A stretch of 55,141 bases of DNA from a virus (lineage: Duplodnaviria > Caudoviricetes): positions 1-55,141 of the IMG/VR virus record IMGVR_UViG_3300010413_000041; one strand, given 5' to 3'. Below the pieces are notes generated by a model. It was not told the DNA's origin, ran no database searches, and saw only the letters and a program-made list of their open reading frames with translations. The position numbers and the translations under genes are program-made. This document shows, piece after piece, positions 46,051-54,540 of this stretch (the stretch's first letter is position 1; each line of letters begins with the position of its first letter).

Positions 46051-46398
46051 TCAGGCTTGCTCTTTTTTTTCCTCTTCCTTTGAAACTCTGGTAATGTTTA
46101 TCAAACCCAGAAGGTAATCAAGCTCCTCGATTGGCAAACCCTTTAACACTCCTTCCCCCTCCGAGGGGATAGGCAAGGGTTCGTCATCGTCATCAACCCA
46201 ATTCCATTCCAATATCAATCTCTGTAACAGCTCAAAACCCTGTTCTGCCGTGAAGTTCTGAGATAATGTCACACCATCTTCAGCGAAGAGATCTTGTGCA
46301 TGAGCATAGGTCATCGCACTTATAACTACAAATGATCCCTCTCCCTGAATATCATCTGTCTTGATCCTTCTTCGGGATTTATACCTTCGACTTGGCAT
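46051..46398 (-). CDS. Tail assembly chaperone (gpG-like)
   Basis: I.EWN..DDD.EPLP; between tail tube and TMP; GAA AAA AAA G slippery site at 46071-46062. Confidence 0.8.
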   Translation of the reverse strand: MPSRRYKSRRRIKTDDIQGEGSFVVISAMTYAHAQDLFAEDGVTLSQNFTAEQGFELLQRLILEWNWVDDDDEPLPIPSEGEGVLKGLPIEELDYLLGLINITRVSKEEEKKEQA

Positions 46399-46438
46399 AT
46401 CTTGTCCTCTCTATTCTGTTGATCCCCATCAATCCGGT

Positions 46439-46888
46439 TTAGGTTGACAGGGTTGTATGGGTAACCTCACCATCGGGTAGAAGCTCAGCGGATACCATCA
46501 TTGGATCCCCTTCCCCGGCGGTTGCCGTGAAGGCTAAATTGGCAAGCTTTGCCTCCATTGTATAATGGTCGCTCCCAACATTCTTGTTCGGAAGATATAT
46601 CGAAATAGTCCTGTTCCCCGGAGCATGAGCAAAAAACCATTGCTTTAACAGGTCAAATCCCTCATCCGTCTGGGTTGTGTAAACAACTTGCAGGGTAAAT
46701 GAAGCATCCTTCCCACACTCGGTTCGTCTCTTCCATCTGTTCCCAAAAACAGTATATTCCCCCATCTCATTATCAAAATTAATATCCACCTCATTGGTGC
46801 TCCCAGATATATCAACGGGAGTTCCAGCATCGTCATCGAGCCACACGCTGGCATCACAAGCATTAATTGCGGTAGTAGTTTCAGCCAT
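46439..46888 (-). CDS. Major tail tube protein
   Basis: DISG..NEV.I, TVFG..W, position before chaperones. Confidence 0.8.
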   Translation of the reverse strand: MAETTTAINACDASVWLDDDAGTPVDISGSTNEVDINFDNEMGEYTVFGNRWKRRTECGKDASFTLQVVYTTQTDEGFDLLKQWFFAHAPGNRTISIYLPNKNVGSDHYTMEAKLANLAFTATAGEGDPMMVSAELLPDGEVTHTTLST

Positions 46889-46933
46889 TTTAATCTCTCC
46901 TATAAGATGACCATCTTAATTTATTGTCTAACA

Positions 46934-47269
46934 TCAACCCTTCTTCTCAGGAATTGTAAGCCAATCTATTAACTCCTGTTTCCACCTATCTATCCTCTCA
47001 TCACTCGATCTAAACACTCTCCTTAATTCGGTATTGTCTGCCTCTATAAATTGGTCGGCAGTTTCTATCCCCAATGGCTCAACTCTATTTGCCCTGACCT
47101 TCCATCCGGGCACCTCAACCAAAGGGGGTGCTGATATTATAGCCAACGCTCCCATGTTTCGCAATATCTCTCGGTTAGCATCGGGGAGATCCCCATCACA
47201 AATTATACTGCCCTTCGGAATTATGCGATCCCCCTTGGATAAACTCTTCAATACCCTATCAATAGCCAT
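46934..47269 (-). CDS. Hypothetical neck/tail region protein (HhH-like C-terminus)
   Basis: L..VPGW..RA..V...GI.TA. Confidence 0.5.
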   Translation of the reverse strand: MAIDRVLKSLSKGDRIIPKGSIICDGDLPDANREILRNMGALAIISAPPLVEVPGWKVRANRVEPLGIETADQFIEADNTELRRVFRSSDERIDRWKQELIDWLTIPEKKG

Positions 47270-47270
47270 A

Positions 47271-47720
47271 TCAATATATCCTTACTCGCAAATAAAATCT
47301 CGCCCCAACATAATTATTGTTCCCATAAACAAACTCAACCCGATCCCAATTCCAAGAAAAGCTCTTGATTGCCTCAGATCCAAAATATGGTTTCTTATCC
47401 TGCGCCTCGATTATAGCCGATATCTCATCGATCCCATCAACTAATCTCTCCATATCTTCTCCTATGTGAGATCTCGGTTGAGCATAATAATCCATATGGA
47501 TAACAAGTCTGGTTTGTCTCTGCTGGGCACCAAAGGTTGATCTATCCGCAGTCCCGGTAGGGTCTTGCTCCCCATGCTGGACATAAATCTGCAACATGGG
47601 ATAATCGGTGATACTCTCCTTAATCTCACTATGTTTCAATACCTCTTCAAGATAATCACTCTCGGCAAACGTATCCTTCAAATCCCCTAATATACCTGAA
47701 ATCAATTGTCTAGTTCCCAT
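47271..47720 (-). CDS. Tail terminator/completion protein
   Basis: Position, size, YP...I pattern. Confidence 0.65.
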   Translation of the reverse strand: MGTRQLISGILGDLKDTFAESDYLEEVLKHSEIKESITDYPMLQIYVQHGEQDPTGTADRSTFGAQQRQTRLVIHMDYYAQPRSHIGEDMERLVDGIDEISAIIEAQDKKPYFGSEAIKSFSWNWDRVEFVYGNNNYVGARFYLRVRIY

Positions 47721-47723
47721 CCA

Positions 47724-48218
47724 TCACCTCTTATTCACCACATCTCCCGCAGCCTTCTTGAATAAATCGTGGATAGTCTGTCTCTTCTTCTCAATAGCAT
47801 TCCGGATGTACTTCTTCCCTATTGTTCCCTTCCTTGCTATCGATATCGCTACCAGATAAGCGGATGTATGATGCCTCTCAGCCCATAATGTCAACGCCGA
47901 GATCGGAGGAAAGTGTTTTCGGCAGTCATACTCAACATGGGGAGCATACTCCAACTTGCTCCCAACAATCCCTATAACCACATCTCCTCTAGTGGTGACC
48001 TCAGGTGTAATGGAAGATCTCAAATCTCCCCTATCAACCCCCCCAACCTGCTTGTTTTGCCAAGATACCAGATTATTTTTAGCCTCACCTTCAACCTCGA
48101 GGGTTGATTGCCTCATCGCATCCAGTACGGGTTGTCCATGGAGATCCCTAATCATCTGGTTTATCTTCTCTTGCAACTCGATCTCCCCTTGAACTTTATA
48201 ATCCACCATCTCAGTCAT
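47724..48218 (-). CDS. HK97 gp10-like tail completion protein
   Basis: VDRG.LRSSI, VGS.LEYAPHVEY, GT...YI..A. Confidence 0.85.
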   Translation of the reverse strand: MTEMVDYKVQGEIELQEKINQMIRDLHGQPVLDAMRQSTLEVEGEAKNNLVSWQNKQVGGVDRGDLRSSITPEVTTRGDVVIGIVGSKLEYAPHVEYDCRKHFPPISALTLWAERHHTSAYLVAISIARKGTIGKKYIRNAIEKKRQTIHDLFKKAAGDVVNKR

Positions 48219-48926
48219 TTATAACCTTCTCCCTATCGCTGGCTTAATTAGCCTTGATCCTTCCAGCATCAACTTTATATCCATGTTCTCCCTCTGGTAC
48301 AACATCCTCCCCATCTCCACAGAAGCGAGGGTGTCTGCCCATGCACCCTCCCCCTGCTTAAAAAACCTCGATGTCAATGCTATACAAGCCTCCTTCACTT
48401 GGGTTGGTACTTCTTCACTATACCCCCATCTCGCAGTAACCCTCACTGTTGGCATCCCCCGGGAGATCCCGGTTGTAGGTCTAAATCCACCCCTTGTTGT
48501 AAACTCCCCGGAAGTGAACAACCCATAAGCCCCACTCGGATCTATTAACAATAATGTGAAGGGGAGAATATTAAAATCAGGATAATTCGGATCCCCAGCG
48601 CAAACCACATAATCCCCATCCCCTGCAAACTGAGAAGTAGGAGATGTCCAGACCGTGAATGTACTCATGGTCGGATTAGCCTTGACCGCAACTTCAGTCA
48701 CCTCAACACACTCATCTATCCTCTGATAGGGATAACCACTCCCGGCATAATACTTCGCAGAAGCACTTGTGTCAGCTATAAATCCGTTTGGTCGATTACA
48801 AAGCCCATCAATAACCTCGGACGCCGCAGAGATCAGGAGTTTTAAATTGACATCCGATCCCGGACCATCCTTCCCACTCTTCCCAATCTGAGCCCTTAAC
48901 TCATCTGGACTACAATATTCAGCCAT
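48219..48926 (-). CDS. Head-tail adaptor (gp6/gp15-like)
   Basis: YC..DEL, LISAAS..ID..C.R, V.VTARWGY...VP..VKEAC. Confidence 0.85.
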   Translation of the reverse strand: MAEYCSPDELRAQIGKSGKDGPGSDVNLKLLISAASEVIDGLCNRPNGFIADTSASAKYYAGSGYPYQRIDECVEVTEVAVKANPTMSTFTVWTSPTSQFAGDGDYVVCAGDPNYPDFNILPFTLLLIDPSGAYGLFTSGEFTTRGGFRPTTGISRGMPTVRVTARWGYSEEVPTQVKEACIALTSRFFKQGEGAWADTLASVEMGRMLYQRENMDIKLMLEGSRLIKPAIGRRL

Positions 48927-48929
48927 CTC

Positions 48930-49826
48930 TTATCTCCTAGCCCAATCCGTAACCAAAAACCTCATCAAAATTGTTCGTAACTGTTGAGATCTCACTCGCC
49001 AATTCATTTTATCCTTTACTAAACTATATCCTGCATCGGCGTACAACTCCCAAGATCCCAGATCCATCAACCCATCAATTATCTCAAATAATTTAGCATA
49101 CTCAATATTATAAGTCAAATAATGCACCCCTGCTACTGCAGGTTCGTCGGGTATTGCCGGCGGAGGGGATGACACAACACAAGTTCTGCACCCCATGGCA
49201 TCATATATCCGGTGTGATCTAATCCCCAACCCTCTATTCAAATTTACGGTTATCTTCGACCTATTAAATGCCTTCGCATAATCCACCCCATATCTGTTCC
49301 CACAGGCAAATGTATATCCCCTCTTCTCACAAAATCTCTTCAATTCTCCCAATAATTCCGCTCTCTTAGGACTGTCCTTGGTTCTGCAATGAAATGACAC
49401 ATCAACATCCTTCTTCATTCCATAATCTTTAAACACCCGATCATTGACCGCATAACCAAACCGGGCAATTGGCTTATTCAATCTTCTAAACCTGCTATCT
49501 TGATCCTGTTCTATCAACAATAAATCAGCATTCTTCCCCTCCCTAACCCGATGCATATAATGGGATCTGCTCAATACACTATCCCCGATGTGATAGATAA
49601 TCGGGATAGTCTCCGAGCCCTTCCACATCCCCCAGATCTTAGCATCCTCATAAAATATCAAATCATAATCATTCCCCAACAATCCCCGGTTCAATACAAA
49701 CCCCTTATCAACGGGAATGTGATCCCAGACCATACCACTAACCGGATAACTCCACCAACCGATCATCCTGTTTTTTCCTGCTCTCGGAGAGATCCTATGC
49801 ACTAACGCAATCTTTAACAACTTCAT
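48930..49826 (-). CDS. GT-B glycosyltransferase (Glyco_trans_1_2/CgeB-like)
   Basis: DVDVSF, Y...FNRSKI.VN, R.YDAMGC. Confidence 0.8.
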   Translation of the reverse strand: MKLLKIALVHRISPRAGKNRMIGWWSYPVSGMVWDHIPVDKGFVLNRGLLGNDYDLIFYEDAKIWGMWKGSETIPIIYHIGDSVLSRSHYMHRVREGKNADLLLIEQDQDSRFRRLNKPIARFGYAVNDRVFKDYGMKKDVDVSFHCRTKDSPKRAELLGELKRFCEKRGYTFACGNRYGVDYAKAFNRSKITVNLNRGLGIRSHRIYDAMGCRTCVVSSPPPAIPDEPAVAGVHYLTYNIEYAKLFEIIDGLMDLGSWELYADAGYSLVKDKMNWRVRSQQLRTILMRFLVTDWARR

Positions 49827-49864
49827 TTTACATCCAAGATCATTATGTAGGTTTCCTCAACTTC

Positions 49865-49914
49865 TTAACTATTACTATTCCTTTAACTATTACTATTCCT
49901 TTAACTATTACTAT
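49865..49914. repeat. AT-rich 18-bp tandem repeat (2.8 copies)
   Basis: TTAACTATTACTATTCCT at 49865 and 49883, partial at 49901. Confidence 0.9.
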
Positions 49915-49917
49915 GTC

Positions 49918-50003
49918 ATATGGTATCCATACCCTATCTATACGGTATGCTCGTAAATTCATACCCTATCGATACCATGTCGATAGCTTAGGGGATACCA
50001 TAT
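49918..50003. other. Iteron cluster, candidate replication origin
   Basis: CATACCCTATC at 49928 and 49960 plus degenerate GATACC/GGTAT copies, next to the AT-rich repeat. Confidence 0.55.
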
Positions 50004-50683
50004 ATCTTCTCAGCATACTTCTTTGTCTTATAAAATCCGACCATACCAAACCCAAACTCATCAATAACACTCACATCAAACAACTCCTGTGGGTACTCTT
50101 CCCCCCTCAACCACCCATAAAATTCATTCACTGCATCGTAGACCGGAGCACAAGGACGCCTCTTCGCATCCGCAGGAGCGTAATCATGGAACAACATCAA
50201 CCCATTGACCTTCAACCTGTTCCAATAGGGGAGATCCCCCTTAACCCCTGCGTGATCCCCATCAACAAATATAAGATCCCACAGATCCCCCTTCGTTATA
50301 TCCAAATAATCCGTACTCTTTATCATCCTTGCCTGTACATTGGTGAAGATCCCCAATCTCTTCTTCGCAGGCTCAAATTCAGCCATTTTAGGGTTCAGAG
50401 TGGTAATTCTCCCCAATTTACACGCCTGAGCGAGTATTGACGCAGAATAACCCCACGCAGTTCCGATCTCCAATATCCGAGATCCCGGATAATTATATTG
50501 ACTGGCAAACCAGTAAAGATATAAAGCCTCATATAAATCAATCTCCCTCTTGCACCGAGGCACCACCTGTCTGGCATAATCAAGAGCATAAATCCCCTCC
50601 GGACATGCCTCACAAACAACCCTAATCAAATCTTCCTGCGGAAGATGTAAATCAATCTTAATCAACTTATTCTCATCAACCAT
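49988..50683 (-). CDS. Class I SAM methyltransferase (Methyltransf_24-like O-methyltransferase)
   Basis: ILEIGTAWGYSA, DLIFVDGDH, GLMLFHDY. Confidence 0.88.
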   Translation of the reverse strand: MVDENKLIKIDLHLPQEDLIRVVCEACPEGIYALDYARQVVPRCKREIDLYEALYLYWFASQYNYPGSRILEIGTAWGYSASILAQACKLGRITTLNPKMAEFEPAKKRLGIFTNVQARMIKSTDYLDITKGDLWDLIFVDGDHAGVKGDLPYWNRLKVNGLMLFHDYAPADAKRRPCAPVYDAVNEFYGWLRGEEYPQELFDVSVIDEFGFGMVGFYKTKKYAEKIYGIP

Positions 50684-51881
50684 TGAAGCACCAATATACA
50701 GCTCTAGGATAATTATCGTTGGTCATCCCCATGTAATTTACCGATCTAAATGTGGCTCTCAACCATCCATCATAAGCCTCTTTGGGTAAGCCCCCATGTC
50801 CTTCAAAATACACTATTCCACCACCTTCAACAACGGATAACAGAGTTGTGCTGAGTTTATCACTCACAAATCTGTACTTCTCATCTTCATAGTCGAGCAT
50901 TGACAGAGTTGTGCACTCGTCAAACAGCGAACACCCATCGGAGGACAGTTTATCAGCAACCTTCCGCATTAAATGACCAAAAACCGCCAAAAACATAACC
51001 ACATCAAATCTCCTAATCCCGGTCATCTCGAATAGATAATCCCCCAGATCTTCTCTTGTGGCATCAACCCCGAGGTAATCAATATTCCAGTTCCCCAATA
51101 GATTGGAGATCTCAAATGCTAACTCAGCCTTCTCGGGTTTATCGATCCCGACCACACGCCTAGCCCCATAACCATCAATAATCCTCGAGATCCCCCCAGT
51201 ATTACAACCAATATCAAGGACATCAAGAGCACTCCAATCCCTCTTATCTAATCCCATAAACTCCACTCTGTAATCAAGATCTCTCGCCCCATCGATCTTC
51301 ATAGCCTTGACAGGCTGATAAGCACTATCAAATATCTTCCCCTTCCTTGTCCTAATCCTCTCTGACAACCCCCTCTCATAATCCCCCAGATCTCTAAACT
51401 TAAATCCCCCCAAATCCACCAACATCCCATTCCTCCATGTCTCTTGCTCATTCTGGATTATCTCGATCCTGCGATGCACGATCCCATATCGTTCCATCAC
51501 ACTCAACACCGCTCCGGTATCCTTCTCTCGATCCCCGGGAACAACATAATCGCAGACCTGTGCAGGGTACTTGTCATTCACTCTCACTAAATCATAAACC
51601 CTTGGAGAGATCCCCACCCTCGCAAATATATTCTGCACCATTGACACCTCATCTAAATAAGCCTTCTGCCAGATCTCCTCCCCCTCCGGTATACCATCCG
51701 GATATCTTCTTGATGTCAACAACTTTAAACACAACCCTTCTCTTCCATATATCCCAAACAACAATTCATCTATCGAAGGACTGTATATAACCACACATTG
51801 GCTCGCCTCTCTGGTGGTCGGGTTCTTCTCCAATAAATCATCATAAACCCGCAGTGGTCTATATCTCTTCTTCTTCAACAC
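50676..51881 (-). CDS. Kinase-like domain fused to class I SAM methyltransferase
   Basis: N-terminal LKL...E...QN.FA..G.SPRVY...LVDLG; C-terminal VLDIGCNTG, FDVV.FLAV. Confidence 0.7.
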   Translation of the reverse strand: MLKKKRYRPLRVYDDLLEKNPTTREASQCVVIYSPSIDELLFGIYGREGLCLKLLTSRRYPDGIPEGEEIWQKAYLDEVSMVQNIFARVGISPRVYDLVRVNDKYPAQVCDYVVPGDREKDTGAVLSVMERYGIVHRRIEIIQNEQETWRNGMLVDLGGFKFRDLGDYERGLSERIRTRKGKIFDSAYQPVKAMKIDGARDLDYRVEFMGLDKRDWSALDVLDIGCNTGGISRIIDGYGARRVVGIDKPEKAELAFEISNLLGNWNIDYLGVDATREDLGDYLFEMTGIRRFDVVMFLAVFGHLMRKVADKLSSDGCSLFDECTTLSMLDYEDEKYRFVSDKLSTTLLSVVEGGGIVYFEGHGGLPKEAYDGWLRATFRSVNYMGMTNDNYPRAVYWCFNG

Positions 51882-52662
51882 GGATAGCCTCCACTCCCGG
51901 AATAAACTTCTTGTATATTGTTCCCTTTATCTCCCTCTTGACCTCTTCCCAATTCAATATCGTTTGCGCCGGGGGATAACTAACCTTCCTCATCGAAGGC
52001 GCCAACAAGGGAGCATAACCAACTTCAAGATAATCACAGATCTTCTCCCCCGTTGGAATGGGAATGCCAACAACTTCTCGCCCCTCCTCTCCCACCAAAT
52101 CTTTGTAATCAAGATATAGCACCTCATCATACTCATAAAACTTAATCAACTTCATAACCTCGATCCTGCGAGATCTCATCCTGTCACAGACCTCAACAAC
52201 CTTCTTGGGGTCTATATTGATCTTCCGGAACAACGGTCGCTCATAAAAGGCATGGGTCGGTTTGTACTGTTGATGTCTGACCACCTCACTCAACGCAGAC
52301 AATAAAATATTATCTCTCGTCAAGTGGATTATCTTGATCCCATTGTCCTTCAAATAGGGAGCAACTTCTACCAGATCAGTAAATTGAGTATGACTTATCT
52401 TACACATCGATACCTCGACCTGTGGTCGGTGTAATTCAAAGTCCAATATCTGTTCCGTACTGGCATTAAATATTTTTCTATGCCAACTGTGACCATGTAA
52501 CGGCTCATCTAAACAACAATGGATCGCATAGTGACTGTCCAGACAATGGGATAGGAATGTTCCCCCAGATCTATTGTGCGATATCACCACCGCAGACCTA
52601 ACCGCAGTCTCCAATCTCATCCCCCCGGCTTTGTATACTTTCTTCGGATCAGTTTCTATCAT
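51859..52662 (-). CDS. Sulfotransferase (Stf0-like)
   Basis: SHNRSGGTFL...LDSH, EPL, KIIHLTR.N.L...LS, Y.DL, NWEEV. Confidence 0.8.
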   Translation of the reverse strand: MIETDPKKVYKAGGMRLETAVRSAVVISHNRSGGTFLSHCLDSHYAIHCCLDEPLHGHSWHRKIFNASTEQILDFELHRPQVEVSMCKISHTQFTDLVEVAPYLKDNGIKIIHLTRDNILLSALSEVVRHQQYKPTHAFYERPLFRKINIDPKKVVEVCDRMRSRRIEVMKLIKFYEYDEVLYLDYKDLVGEEGREVVGIPIPTGEKICDYLEVGYAPLLAPSMRKVSYPPAQTILNWEEVKREIKGTIYKKFIPGVEAIRVEEEEI

Positions 52663-54316
52663 CGGGTCTGTTCACCTTCTCCACACGCTCCCACGCCTCA
52701 TCACTATCCGTTCTGCCATATATCAATCCTCCCCACCTTCGAGCCGTCATATTGTGATGTATAACTGCCAGATCCCCCGATGGATAGGGATATCTGTCTG
52801 AGGCATTCCATTGGTTTCCTAACACATAAACCCTCACCGGATCTTCATATAACGCCCTCAATAATGCCCCTTGATCTCTCGCAGCGTACTTGTGCCACTC
52901 ATCCAACCATCTCTCAAATAACCTCTTCGTCCTATCATTCCTTCTAAACCCAAACACGCCCCCGTTGTACTGCATCACTTCTCCCGTTCCGATCTTCCTG
53001 ATAGTTTCGTCAAACTCGGCTTTGTTATCCGGTCTAATCATGTTCCAAGCAACATGATATTTGGACATATCTTTGCAAATCAATATATCCCACCCATCCG
53101 CTAACACCTGAAACAAAAAGGAGAGATCCCCCACAGTCTCCGTATCCGCATCCATGTATAAAATATACTCCCACCCCTCGGGAACAACCTCATAAACTGA
53201 CAACTTCCCCAACCTTCCCCCTATGTCCACATCCGGAAGATGTATAAACAGATCTTCTCCCGCTCCCAACTCCCTTGTTCCTCCAAATGCGATCGGAACT
53301 TCGGGCATATAATCTTTAAATGATCTTATACAGGTCTTGGCACACTCCCTTGACGGAGATCCAAAAGCCACACAATACATTCCAGCTTTACCTTCCCACC
53401 CCCCAGAGATCCGCACCGGATATCTCTCTAACGCTCCTTCATAATCATATATCAAACTCTCTACCGCCACTCTGAAATCAGCACACCAGTTCTCTATACT
53501 ATATTCCGCTACACTCGCCCTCAACTCCTCACCATCCACGATCCCCATTTTAATATCATCACACAATAACTCGGTCTTGCTGATAAGATCTTCGAGATCC
53601 CCCATCCTGTAATGTCTTATCCCCGGTATCTCTGGAAGATCATCCATTATCCCAACCCCAGACGGTATGAGCACCGCAGTTCCACAACTCAAAGCCTCCA
53701 ACGGAGGCATTGGCACTCCCTCAACCCTGCTGGCACATAAATAAATATCGATCCCTTGGTAAAATTCAGCCATATCTTCCCATCTGCGCCACCTGTGGCT
53801 TATCGTCCACCCCCTCCCAGACGCCACCCATTTACATCTTCTCCCTATCGGACTTCTCATCAAACCATCTATCAAATCCTCCCCCTTCCTACCATCCCCG
53901 TAGGAAACGCCCGAAATCCCTATAAGTAAAACGTCATTGTCAGTAGGTTTCTTTCGGGAGAATAGAGTAGCATCAACCGGAGGGCGAGCCAGATACGTGC
54001 TCCCACTCGATTGGAGATCAGGAAGATTGAGTTTTGATGATGTAACCCTGACATCTACCGATCTCTTAGCCAGATCCCACCATCCTTCCTTCTCCTTCCT
54101 GTTGGTATCCTTGTGCGTGAAATAAGCCACCGTCTTGGTGAGATCCCACCCCGGGAACCTCTCCGCATAATCGATGTACGGAAAAAACACATTGACATCA
54201 ACATCTCTTCTCGGGTTTTCACCGATACTCCAACCCAGACCTTCAGCAAGATATCTAGCCTTCCTCGCTAATACTTGATCCCCTAATGGACTGGTGGCAA
54301 CAACATGCACTCTCAT
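52649..54316 (-). CDS. Two-domain glycosyltransferase (GT-B GT4-like + GT-A GT8/77-like)
   Basis: RKG, SRVEGVPMPPLEALSCG; YMDADT, YNGGVFGF, RDQGALLRA; ATG 54316 coupled to upstream stop. Confidence 0.88.
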   Translation of the reverse strand: MRVHVVATSPLGDQVLARKARYLAEGLGWSIGENPRRDVDVNVFFPYIDYAERFPGWDLTKTVAYFTHKDTNRKEKEGWWDLAKRSVDVRVTSSKLNLPDLQSSGSTYLARPPVDATLFSRKKPTDNDVLLIGISGVSYGDGRKGEDLIDGLMRSPIGRRCKWVASGRGWTISHRWRRWEDMAEFYQGIDIYLCASRVEGVPMPPLEALSCGTAVLIPSGVGIMDDLPEIPGIRHYRMGDLEDLISKTELLCDDIKMGIVDGEELRASVAEYSIENWCADFRVAVESLIYDYEGALERYPVRISGGWEGKAGMYCVAFGSPSRECAKTCIRSFKDYMPEVPIAFGGTRELGAGEDLFIHLPDVDIGGRLGKLSVYEVVPEGWEYILYMDADTETVGDLSFLFQVLADGWDILICKDMSKYHVAWNMIRPDNKAEFDETIRKIGTGEVMQYNGGVFGFRRNDRTKRLFERWLDEWHKYAARDQGALLRALYEDPVRVYVLGNQWNASDRYPYPSGDLAVIHHNMTARRWGGLIYGRTDSDEAWERVEKVNRPDDRN

Positions 54317-54540
54317 TGTATAAACCTGTTCCTCTTCCTCAACGGAGGATATCTGTTGATGTTGTTCCATACCATATCTAACCACACCAAATTCGCTAGC
54401 GGACCATAACCCTCTAAATTGGGATCTGCATTAATCATCCTGACCAACTGCTCCCTAGCATCTGCCCCAATCTCATCAAACCTGTGATCATGAGCAATCT
54501 TTATCAACTTATCTATCTTGGGATAATCGATCTCAGGCAT
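54313..54540 (-). CDS. Small hypothetical protein within GT cluster
   Basis: Coupled to both neighbours. Confidence 0.55.
   Translation of the reverse strand: MPEIDYPKIDKLIKIAHDHRFDEIGADAREQLVRMINADPNLEGYGPLANLVWLDMVWNNINRYPPLRKRNRFIQ

Noticed and set aside
47250-47264. Additional ATACCCTATC iteron
   Set aside because: Single copy within coding sequence (MAIDRVL); may be chance.
49865-49914. CRISPR array
   Set aside because: Repeats are directly tandem with no spacers; no cas genes.
49913-50440. Plus-strand 175-aa ORF resembling an initiator linker (YGIHTLSIRY)
   Set aside because: It is just the translation of the iteron DNA and lies antisense to a clear methyltransferase; no RBS.
49988-51881. 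DNA methyltransferases explaining the GATC bias
   Set aside because: No DPPY/NPPY or PC motifs; motifs and context fit small-molecule/glycan methyltransferases.
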